Source: Eubacteriales bacterium | Lineage (GTDB): Bacteria > Bacillota > Clostridia > Oscillospirales > QAKW01 | NCBI GenBank assembly: GCA_045541535.1 | Contig: JAZQJG010000034.1 | Location: 13,780-77,779 of the forward strand | Length of the DNA stretch: 64,000 nucleotides | Direction: 5' to 3' | Part shown: piece after piece, positions 17,741 through 25,711 of the stretch | Layout: every line of letters starts with the position of its first letter | Numbering within the stretch: the stretch's first letter is position 1 | Made by a program: the position numbers and the translations under genes | Notes under the pieces: generated by a model | The model's database searches: none | Seen by the model: the letters and a program-made list of their open reading frames with translations, nothing else | Told to the model about the DNA's origin: nothing

Positions 17741-18981
17741 CGGTTATGATCCTCCTTTCCTTTCAGAAAATAAACGGTATCAAGAATTACTTTATTGGCA
17801 ATCTCAATAACGTTCTCTTTCGTAACGGCACGTATTTTATCAAGTTGCGTTTTGGGTGTGTCATCAATTCCCAACAAATGATGTTGCAACGCTTCACCCA
17901 GCATAGCGGCGTGAGAATCACGCATTCCAAGCACAGCATCCAACAAATAGAGTTTACCGTTTTCAAACTCCTCGTCCGTAATCTCCCCATTTTTCATATC
18001 CGTCAATTGACGCAGAATCTCGTCTCTTGCAACCGCATAATTCTCAAATTCAATACCGGAAGAGATAAAAATTGAATGAACAAAATGATCAACCGTTGAA
18101 GAGCAATAATAACACAGAGACAGCTTTTCACGAACGTTATTAAACAGTTTCGATGTAGGACTACCGCCATAAATGACGTTAAAAAGCCGGGTAGCATAAT
18201 AATCGGTTGGCTCGCTGATGCGCAGGCCCATACAGAGTTTTCCTTGCGCCACGTCCATTTCATCAGTATAAAAACGAGGTTCTGCCGGCAAAACGAACGG
18301 AGAACGGATGGTTGAAACAGCACTACGTTCCTCTAAGACGAAAAAGCGGGTCGTAAGCTCCTCAAGATCAATTTTCCGACCGATATAATTTACGGTAATC
18401 GCTGCTGTTTTTAACATACTTTGATAAAAAACATACAGCGCCTTTGCACTCAGATCCTTCAAATATTCTGCCGTTCCCAGACCGCTGAAGCGATAAGCTG
18501 TATCAGAAAACATCAGCTCTTTACAACGTTTTAACGAATACAGGCGCTTGTCGTTGATAAGACCCAGAATATTATCCAGATGATTTTGCTTTTCCTGTGC
18601 AAAAAAATCCTGACGGAATGCGCCGTTTTCCGTCAAAGGATGAAGCAGAATTTCAGATGCAAGATCAAGCACCTCTTCCGCAATTTCCTCCCCTTCCAGC
18701 GCAAAACGGTTATCCATAAAGTAGGTTTGCAAAGTAAAAGCAAGATTTTCACCCAGCTTGTTGGTGGAAATAGAAATCGTGGCGCCGTACAACTCTTCCA
18801 AACGAGCGGCGATCCGATCCATTTCACCGTATTTTTCACATCCGCGTTTTAAAACCTGGGACAGCAAGGCGCAACAGGTAGCATTTTCTTCGTTTAATGG
18901 CATCAAAAAATTCAGCGTGTATGAATTAAATTTGAAATTATCCGTAAAGATGGGCTGGTAAGAAATACTCATATACAACAT
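17737..18981 (-). CDS. M16 family peptidase-like protein, non-catalytic partner (no HxxEH)
   Basis: 414 aa. Overlaps the downstream M16 gene by 4 nt. M16-like length and C-terminal domain pattern but no zinc motif. Confidence 0.7.
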   Translation of the reverse strand: MLYMSISYQPIFTDNFKFNSYTLNFLMPLNEENATCCALLSQVLKRGCEKYGEMDRIAARLEELYGATISISTNKLGENLAFTLQTYFMDNRFALEGEEIAEEVLDLASEILLHPLTENGAFRQDFFAQEKQNHLDNILGLINDKRLYSLKRCKELMFSDTAYRFSGLGTAEYLKDLSAKALYVFYQSMLKTAAITVNYIGRKIDLEELTTRFFVLEERSAVSTIRSPFVLPAEPRFYTDEMDVAQGKLCMGLRISEPTDYYATRLFNVIYGGSPTSKLFNNVREKLSLCYYCSSTVDHFVHSIFISSGIEFENYAVARDEILRQLTDMKNGEITDEEFENGKLYLLDAVLGMRDSHAAMLGEALQHHLLGIDDTPKTQLDKIRAVTKENVIEIANKVILDTVYFLKGKEDHNR

Positions 18982-19123
18982 CCTTTCATCATTGCTGACA
19001 TTTATACTTTAAAAATCGCGCAATATCAGATATTAAATTATAACATATATGTGACTAAAATTAAAGAGTTTTATATAATTTTACATTTCGTAAATATTTT
19101 TACCTCACCCATTGTAAGTCATA

Positions 19124-19168
19124 CAAAAAAAACTCCCGAAGCAATTCATTGCGAATACTTCGGGAGTT
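19124..19168 (-). terminator. intrinsic terminator after the lipoprotein pair
   Basis: AACTCCCGAAG ... CTTCGGGAGTT, an 11-bp stem, followed by TTTTTTT on the minus strand. Confidence 0.8.
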
Positions 19169-19174
19169 TTGTTA

Positions 19175-19615
19175 TTATCTGAACAATTTTGATACCGCTT
19201 TGCTTTCCTGTTGGGAAAGTGCGCTGTAAATCTCGGAGATCTTATTTACCAGTTCACCGTTTTTGATTTCATAAGCCAGACCGTCGTAAATGATCTTGTT
19301 ACCGGAAATCATCATTTTGTGCTCTTTTTTCCCCTCAAAAACAATCAAATAATCAACGGAATTGAATTTTTGCGGATCAATCTCAACGAATTTGATTTTA
19401 TCAATTGATTTACAAAATTCGGTAATTTGTTGCGCCTCTTCAATATTTTTTTCAAAATAAGAATACTGACCGGCTTCATCTATGTTGGTACGCTGAATGC
19501 AGATCCCTTCAATCACATCAGTGCGGGGGGTAACATCTGCATATTCAACGGAATCGCAAGCAAACAGCAAAAACAGCATCACGACAATCAGAAGAATGCA
19601 CACACATTTTTTCAT
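19175..19615 (-). CDS. hypothetical lipoprotein
   Basis: 146 aa. MKKCVCILLIVVMLFLLFAC gives a signal peptide plus lipobox Cys. No recognisable domain. Confidence 0.6.
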   Translation of the reverse strand: MKKCVCILLIVVMLFLLFACDSVEYADVTPRTDVIEGICIQRTNIDEAGQYSYFEKNIEEAQQITEFCKSIDKIKFVEIDPQKFNSVDYLIVFEGKKEHKMMISGNKIIYDGLAYEIKNGELVNKISEIYSALSQQESKAVSKLFR

Positions 19616-19623
19616 ATCCTCAC

Positions 19624-20241
19624 CTACAGTTCCATAATCTCTTTTGAAATCACGTTACCGGTCATTCCGTCAATTCTGCAAATGTACCGAGTATCATTGA
19701 CAAAAGAAATAAACGTGACCTCATACTGACGAATCTCTTCTAATACCGCCGCAGAAATCTTTACGTAGTTGTATACGAAGTTTTCTTCACCGTAAAAGGT
19801 GTTTTCAGCAATTTTGCGTGCATCCTCACTGTCCTTTGACCAATCGTCAAGCATGGCGGGTGCGCCATTAACAATAAATGAATAAGGTGTGGTACCCATA
19901 CTTAAAAAGTCGGCGTCGCTTACCGAGTCGATCTGACCGGTACGAGTATCCACGGTAATCACTTTGATATCGCTGTACTTAAGGTCCTGGGGCAGTTTGT
20001 CGGTATAATACAATCTGGCCTTACCGATCCCCTCCACGTCCATGCTCATTTCAAGTCCGTACAGCACGTAATTGCTTTCCGGATTCTCTGCCAGCATATC
20101 TTTTTCAATCTCAGCGGCAATTTTCTTTGCCGAAGTATTGTTCTTTCCAACAGTGTTAATCGTAAGATCAAGACTGTTGCAAGCAGTGAGCATTAATACG
20201 CAAATTACAAGTAACGCAAGAAAAGCAAGCTTCTTTTTCAT
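19624..20241 (-). CDS. hypothetical lipoprotein
   Basis: 205 aa. MKKKLAFLALLVICVLMLTAC gives a signal peptide plus LTAC lipobox. The C-terminal ~60 aa are vaguely PepSY-like. Confidence 0.6.
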   Translation of the reverse strand: MKKKLAFLALLVICVLMLTACNSLDLTINTVGKNNTSAKKIAAEIEKDMLAENPESNYVLYGLEMSMDVEGIGKARLYYTDKLPQDLKYSDIKVITVDTRTGQIDSVSDADFLSMGTTPYSFIVNGAPAMLDDWSKDSEDARKIAENTFYGEENFVYNYVKISAAVLEEIRQYEVTFISFVNDTRYICRIDGMTGNVISKEIMEL

Positions 20242-20255
20242 ATGCCACCTCTTTA

Positions 20256-20972
20256 TTACAAAGACTTAAGATATTCAATCTCTTTATCATCCAACTTCCG
20301 ATATTGACCGGCGCGAAGTGTACCGATGGAAAGGGTTCCGATCTTTTCTCGTTTAAGACGTAGAACCTCCAGGCCGACCGCTTCACACATACGACGGATC
20401 TGTCGGTTTTTTCCCTCATAAATTGTAATGCTCAATATCGTACGGTCATCCTTGGCGCGCAGAACCTCAACGTCAGCACTATTAGTCTTATAGCCGTCAT
20501 CCAATGTAACGCCATCGGCAAGAGAGCCCAATTGCTCCCGCGTCACCTTGCCGGAAACGATGGTCCGATAGGTTTTACCGATATGATGTCTGGGATGCAT
20601 CAAACGATTGGCCAACTCACCGTCGTTGGTCAACAAAAGCAAGCCTTCGCTGTCTTTGTCCAATCTACCGATGGGATAAACACGCTGACCTACGGAACTA
20701 ACCAGATCAATTACGCATTTGCGTCCCATTTCATCACTGGAGGTCGTAACGTACCCTCTGGGCTTATACAGCATCAGATAAACCTGTTTACGCTGTGCGT
20801 GAATTGGCTCGCCGTCAACGCAAATTTTCTCATTGCCGGTCACTTTTTGACCGAGGTGGGTTGGTTTGCCGTTAACGGTGACTCGACCATCCTCAATTAG
20901 TTTTTCGGCGGCACGGCGGGAACAAACGCCCGCATCGGCAATATATTTTTGTAATCTGACTAATTCTTCCAT
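20256..20972 (-). CDS. rluB: 23S/16S rRNA pseudouridine synthase, RsuA/RluB family
   Basis: 238 aa. N-terminal S4 domain (RLQKYIADAGVCSRRAAEKLI) and catalytic GRLDKDSEGLLLLTND. Confidence 0.85.
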   Translation of the reverse strand: MEELVRLQKYIADAGVCSRRAAEKLIEDGRVTVNGKPTHLGQKVTGNEKICVDGEPIHAQRKQVYLMLYKPRGYVTTSSDEMGRKCVIDLVSSVGQRVYPIGRLDKDSEGLLLLTNDGELANRLMHPRHHIGKTYRTIVSGKVTREQLGSLADGVTLDDGYKTNSADVEVLRAKDDRTILSITIYEGKNRQIRRMCEAVGLEVLRLKREKIGTLSIGTLRAGQYRKLDDKEIEYLKSL

Positions 20973-21007
20973 CTTAAAATTCCTTTATGTTTTTATAACA
21001 TTTTATA

Positions 21008-22102
21008 TCAAAACCCAAACAGATGCAATATGAAATCCAATAATTTCCCAAAATTTGATTTTTTCTTCGGTAAAGGCGTTAACGTGCGATCCAGCCGCAA
21101 CTTCCCTTCTGCAACAGCAATCCCGTCACGATACACCTCAACCTTGCCAATGGGCTGATCCTTTTCTCCGGGTAGATAAAGAAAATCCGGCAATGAAAGC
21201 CGATATTCAAAATCGCGGTTACCATCAATGACAACGCCGCAAATTTCATCACAATAATAACCGGCATCATATCCACCGACAACTGACAATGCGCGGTAAA
21301 TTTCTTTCTTTTGAAGAAGCACCTCTTTAACGCATCGCGAAAAATGCTGAGAGTACAATGTTTTATGAACGTTCCAATCATCTGAACAATTCAACGTTAC
21401 ACAAATTAAGCGGACGCCGTCACGTTCCACTGCACTTACAAGACATCTGCCACAAGCTTTTGTGTATCCGGTTTTAACACCAATACATCCATTCAACTCA
21501 CGCAATAATCGGTTATGATTTGTCAAAACGGTATTCCCTATTTTATACTGGGATGTTGAAACAATCCTTGCAAATTGCTCATTTTCCAGTGCTACAGCCG
21601 TAAGCTTTGCCAGATCCAGTGCTGTGGTATAATGATCTTCCTCGTCAAGACCCGATGGGTTTACAAAGTGAGAATTGCGCAAGCCAAGTTGCGCCGCCTG
21701 TTCATTCATTAAATCAGCAAAACCCTCTATACTGCCACCAACATGTACTGCAAGGGCCGATGCTGCATCATTTCCAGATGCCAACATCAAACCATAGAGC
21801 AATTGTTCTACCGTCAGTTGCTGTCCGAGGATCAGATACATTGATGACCCTTCAATGCCAACGCTTTCTTTACCGACGGTAACCACATCGCTTAAATCAG
21901 CATTTTGAATCACGGTATATGCAGTCATGATTTTTGTCAAACTTGCCATAGGTAAGCGAATATTTTCGTTTTGACTATACAAAAGAAAGCCGGAGCTTGC
22001 CTCCATAAGCAGAACCGCACTGTTTTCAGCAGCAGCACAAGGAGTTGCTGAAATTATAACGCATACAATCAAAAAACATACTATTCTTTTCAAAAAAATC
22101 AC
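21008..22102 (-). CDS. D-alanyl-D-alanine carboxypeptidase (S11, DacB/DacF-like)
   Basis: 364 aa. Signal peptide, SLTK (SxxK), SGN and KTG motifs. The start is uncertain (GTG 22102 or TTG 22093) and lies within or next to a hairpin. Confidence 0.85.
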   Translation of the reverse strand: MIFLKRIVCFLIVCVIISATPCAAAENSAVLLMEASSGFLLYSQNENIRLPMASLTKIMTAYTVIQNADLSDVVTVGKESVGIEGSSMYLILGQQLTVEQLLYGLMLASGNDAASALAVHVGGSIEGFADLMNEQAAQLGLRNSHFVNPSGLDEEDHYTTALDLAKLTAVALENEQFARIVSTSQYKIGNTVLTNHNRLLRELNGCIGVKTGYTKACGRCLVSAVERDGVRLICVTLNCSDDWNVHKTLYSQHFSRCVKEVLLQKKEIYRALSVVGGYDAGYYCDEICGVVIDGNRDFEYRLSLPDFLYLPGEKDQPIGKVEVYRDGIAVAEGKLRLDRTLTPLPKKKSNFGKLLDFILHLFGF

Positions 22103-22128
22103 CCGTCAATACATACATACTGACGGGT
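22092..22128 (-). terminator. terminator-like hairpin after ytfJ, overlapping the dacB-like start
   Basis: ACCCGTCA-12 nt-TGACGGGT followed by GATTTTTTT on the minus strand. The candidate GTG and TTG starts of the next gene lie in or right after the T tract. Confidence 0.55.
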
Positions 22129-22136
22129 AAATAGGG

Positions 22137-22517
22137 TTATTCTGCTTTTTCTTTTTTCTCTTTAGAGAAGAGAGAGGAAACCTTGTCAACCATCTCGGGA
22201 AAGTGTGCGGCAATTTTATCAATTGCGTCAGGGTTTTCGCTGATGGAAACCACCTTTACGTCGCTGACGGTAATGACAAGAAACGCCACGGGCGTAACCT
22301 TAACGCCGCCACCGGCGCCGCCGCCGAAATTATCCTTCTCAGGTTGCTTGCCAAAGGAGCTGCCGCCGGCTGCAAACCCAAAGGAAACCTTGGAAATGGG
22401 AATCAGAGTCACCTGATCGTTAACGTGAATTGCGTCTCCGATCACCGTGTCAACGTCTACCATTTTTTTAATGCCGTCCAGCGCATTGCTCATTACGCCG
22501 TCTAAAGAATTTGCCAT
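22137..22517 (-). CDS. ytfJ: sporulation protein YtfJ/GerW
   Basis: 126 aa. Gly-rich core GFAAGGSSFG...FGGGAGGGVKVTPVAFLV is typical of the YtfJ/GerW family. Confidence 0.8.
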   Translation of the reverse strand: MANSLDGVMSNALDGIKKMVDVDTVIGDAIHVNDQVTLIPISKVSFGFAAGGSSFGKQPEKDNFGGGAGGGVKVTPVAFLVITVSDVKVVSISENPDAIDKIAAHFPEMVDKVSSLFSKEKKEKAE

Positions 22518-22518
22518 A

Positions 22519-23118
22519 TTATTTTACCTCCTGCTCAATTTCTCGGGGTTGGGACATCGTTTGTAATAAAGCTATTATATCACGAATATTCGTGCAAATC
22601 AACACAAGAACAAAATTCAAAAAAATTACTCTGAAGCGAAGATCAAGTTCAAATTCAGAAAGTTCTCCGTCATAGTCACAGCTAATGGCGATCTCTTTTT
22701 TTCCAATTTTTATTATCTCATTCAAATAAGAAATTATACCGTACGCTGCTGCATTTACAAGGCCGTATTCCGTCGCAACATCAGCAGGGTCTTCCCCGGA
22801 AACGTTAATTTTGATCCGACAGCGATACAGAGCGAAATGTTTGCAAAACTGCTTGATCAGACTTGCCGCCAACCGGAACAAAATACTAAGTTGCTCCAGT
22901 CGCGTTGAAATCGGCCCAATTTCAAATTTGGATTTTTGACGTTCTTTTTCTTCAGGCTTTGTTTCGGTTTTAATCTTATCTTTTACGAGGTTGATTTTAA
23001 TCAGAAACCAAAGTCGGATATAAACAAAAAACTTATTTTGCGCATACCGTATCACAATATGGGTGGGACAAAAGAGTAAAAATGCAAGTACTGCAATAAT
23101 AATCGCTGCAACGATCAC
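22519..23118 (-). CDS. DUF2953 (YtfI-like) sporulation-associated membrane protein
   Basis: 199 aa with an N-terminal TM helix. Sits immediately upstream of ytfJ, as in the Bacillus ytfI-ytfJ pair. Overlaps the scpB stop by 4 nt. Confidence 0.55.
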   Translation of the reverse strand: MIVAAIIIAVLAFLLFCPTHIVIRYAQNKFFVYIRLWFLIKINLVKDKIKTETKPEEKERQKSKFEIGPISTRLEQLSILFRLAASLIKQFCKHFALYRCRIKINVSGEDPADVATEYGLVNAAAYGIISYLNEIIKIGKKEIAISCDYDGELSEFELDLRFRVIFLNFVLVLICTNIRDIIALLQTMSQPREIEQEVK

Positions 23119-23681
23119 TCGCCAAACACCTCGTCCGGAAATTTTTCTTGCGTATCATCTTGTTCTTCGGGAGTTTTGATTTTCGGCAGTGCGGGAAGAT
23201 CGCCCAATTCATTTATACCAAATACACGCAAAAATTCCATAGTTGTACCATATAAAATAGGTCTACCGGGCGCATCCAAACGGCCCTTTTCTTCCAACAA
23301 GCCCTTTTCCACCAAAGAATTAATGCCATAAAAACAATCAACGCCACGGATTTGTTCTACGTAAGATTTGGTCACCGGCTGATTATAAGCCACGATGGAC
23401 AAAATCTCAAGAGCTGCGTTAGATAAAGGGGTGTTTCTGCGCTTATCCAGTGCACGGCGAACGTACTCACTATAGGTGGAACTACTGCACATCTGATAAC
23501 TATCCAGCAAGCGAACGATCTTCATTCCTCGATCATCCGCCTCATAATCCGTCATCAGTTCTGAAACAAGGGCGTGCACCTCAGAGACCTCAATTTCAAG
23601 GCAATCGGCAATATGCTGTGCGGAAATGGGAGATCCGTTAGCAAACAAAATAGCCTCGGTTGCATATTTTAAATGATTCAT
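23115..23681 (-). CDS. scpB: segregation and condensation protein B
   Basis: 188 aa. Tandem winged-helix pattern (EAILFANGSPIS..., LEILSIVAYNQPVTKSYVEQIRGV). Confidence 0.9.
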   Translation of the reverse strand: MNHLKYATEAILFANGSPISAQHIADCLEIEVSEVHALVSELMTDYEADDRGMKIVRLLDSYQMCSSSTYSEYVRRALDKRRNTPLSNAALEILSIVAYNQPVTKSYVEQIRGVDCFYGINSLVEKGLLEEKGRLDAPGRPILYGTTMEFLRVFGINELGDLPALPKIKTPEEQDDTQEKFPDEVFGE

Positions 23682-24404
23682 TTACACGCTCTCCTTCTTC
23701 TTTTTATCATAGGTCAGTACGATGTCCTGCTGTTCCTGATCAATAGAAACGTAATCCGTTTTAGAAAGTTCAAGAATTGCTAAAAACGTTGCAACAATAT
23801 CGGATCGGGTCTTGACACTTTTAAAAAGGTCAAGAAAACGCACCTTGGTGAAACGCTTCAGATTCTTCAATACCGAAAGAATTTTTACGGAAACCGACGT
23901 AATCTTTTTAGCCACAATGTTTTGAAAACTGGAAGAAGGCGGTGGTAAACGACGCTCCATCTTTTCCATCACCTCATGATACGCCTTGATCAAAACGCCC
24001 ATCTCATAGGTACGCCGTTCCTTTTTGTCCGGCTCCACAATTTCCGCCGCACGGGTATAACTACCTGCCGCCTGTTCTGAAAGTTGGTGCATTGACGGCA
24101 CTACGGTTTGATAACGCTGATACTCCGCCAGCGCCAAGGCCAACGGCATACGAGGATCTTCGTCCTCGTCTTCTTTAGGAAGCAGCATTCTGGATTTGAT
24201 GTAAATAAGGTGCGCTGCCATCTCAATAAACTCACTGGCAACCTCCAGATTCATTTTCTTCATCTCTTCCAGTTTTTCCATATACTGATCCAAAATAGTG
24301 GCAATGGGAATATCGTAAATGGACACTTTGTTTTTAGATATTAAATTAAGCAGAAGATCCAGCGGCCCACTGAAAACTTCCAGATCAAAGGTAAGTTCTT
24401 CCAA
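23682..24404 (-). CDS. scpA: segregation and condensation protein A (kleisin)
   Basis: 240 aa. N-terminus FSGPLDLLLNLISKNKVSIYDIPIATI is typical of ScpA. Abuts scpB. Confidence 0.9.
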   Translation of the reverse strand: MEELTFDLEVFSGPLDLLLNLISKNKVSIYDIPIATILDQYMEKLEEMKKMNLEVASEFIEMAAHLIYIKSRMLLPKEDEDEDPRMPLALALAEYQRYQTVVPSMHQLSEQAAGSYTRAAEIVEPDKKERRTYEMGVLIKAYHEVMEKMERRLPPPSSSFQNIVAKKITSVSVKILSVLKNLKRFTKVRFLDLFKSVKTRSDIVATFLAILELSKTDYVSIDQEQQDIVLTYDKKKKESV

Positions 24405-24415
24405 AACGATCTCTC

Positions 24416-25102
24416 CTACAATAAATTGAGTAATTCAAAGGGATAGGACCATAATCTGATCAAAAGCCGAGACACACTTCCCTGCACTGCGCCAATCAGA
24501 TTATCTACCACCGGTGTGACGACTACAAGCAAAATGAAAACGATTTGGATAAGCTGGCCATAACGCACCATAAAGTTGTTATACTGTACCGGTAAAAAAT
24601 ACGACAAAACACGGGAACCATCCAACGGATAAACGGGCAAAAGATTAAATACAGCCAAGCTGATATTAAGCATCATCATATATAACAGCAAAAGCAGTAA
24701 ATTAGAAATGATTTCATAAAGCATATCGTTCATTGGCAGATGATAAGCAATCACCGTAACCAAAACATACAAAAAAGAGGAAACCAGTGCCAGCAAAGCA
24801 TTAGAGCCGGGGCCGACCACCGCCGTATACAGCATCCCTTTGCTGGGATTTCTGAAATTGCCTGGATTTACCGGTACGGGAGTGGCCCAGCCAAAATGAA
24901 CGATGACCATCATTATAAAGCCGAACAAATTAAAATGCTTGATTGGATTGAGCGTTAAACGCCCTTCCTCCTTTGCCGTTGGATCGCCCAAGCGGTATGC
25001 CATCCAGGCGTGAGCGCATTCATGAAAAGAAATGGAAAACAGGATTACGGGGATCCAGAGCACCAGATCCTTCAATCCCTCTAAAGAAAACAGCGAGCTC
25101 AT
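24416..25102 (-). CDS. M50 (site-2 protease) family membrane metalloprotease
   Basis: 228 aa. HECAHAW (HExxH) in a TM helix and a second motif LLPVYPLDGS. Confidence 0.8.
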   Translation of the reverse strand: MSSLFSLEGLKDLVLWIPVILFSISFHECAHAWMAYRLGDPTAKEEGRLTLNPIKHFNLFGFIMMVIVHFGWATPVPVNPGNFRNPSKGMLYTAVVGPGSNALLALVSSFLYVLVTVIAYHLPMNDMLYEIISNLLLLLLYMMMLNISLAVFNLLPVYPLDGSRVLSYFLPVQYNNFMVRYGQLIQIVFILLVVVTPVVDNLIGAVQGSVSRLLIRLWSYPFELLNLL

Positions 25103-25702
25103 TTATACCCCTTCTTCCTCCATATCTTCCACAGCTTGCTCGATACACGCCAGCACGTCCTCTTTCCCCTGTAGCGTCTTCGCGCTGAAAGGGATAAAAT
25201 AAGTGTCGTTTTCCTCGCAATACGCCTCATAAAGAGTAATTTGCTCTTGCTGTTGCGTCTTGTTCAGTTTGTCCGTTTTGGTACCGACGATGATATACGG
25301 AATTTCCCGCTCTGCCAGCATATCCGCCATTTGCAGATCAAGGGCTGTAGGCTCGTGCCGAATATCCATCAAAAGAATCACCAAAGCCTTGTTTTCATTG
25401 TCAGAAAAATAGGAGCTGATGTATTCACCCCATTTTTTGAGTTGCAAATCAGAGACCTTGGCAAAGCCATAACCCGGCAGATCCACAAAATAGCAGGTAC
25501 CATCAATTTTAAAATAATTGATTTGAGCGGTTTTACCGGGTTTGGATGAAGTGCGAGCCAAGGCTTTTCGCCCAAGCAAACAATTCAAAATCGAGCTTTT
25601 GCCGACGTTGGATTTACCGCAAAATACAATTTCGGGTAGATCCCGCAAAAACTGTTTTTTGGACACGGCAGAAATTACAAATTCTGCATTTTGATAGTTC
25701 AT
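25103..25702 (-). CDS. engB: ribosome biogenesis GTP-binding protein YihA/EngB
   Basis: 199 aa. G1 GKSNVGKSS, G3 DLPGYG, G4 TKTDK. Confidence 0.9.
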   Translation of the reverse strand: MNYQNAEFVISAVSKKQFLRDLPEIVFCGKSNVGKSSILNCLLGRKALARTSSKPGKTAQINYFKIDGTCYFVDLPGYGFAKVSDLQLKKWGEYISSYFSDNENKALVILLMDIRHEPTALDLQMADMLAEREIPYIIVGTKTDKLNKTQQQEQITLYEAYCEENDTYFIPFSAKTLQGKEDVLACIEQAVEDMEEEGV

Positions 25703-25711
25703 AACAACTCC

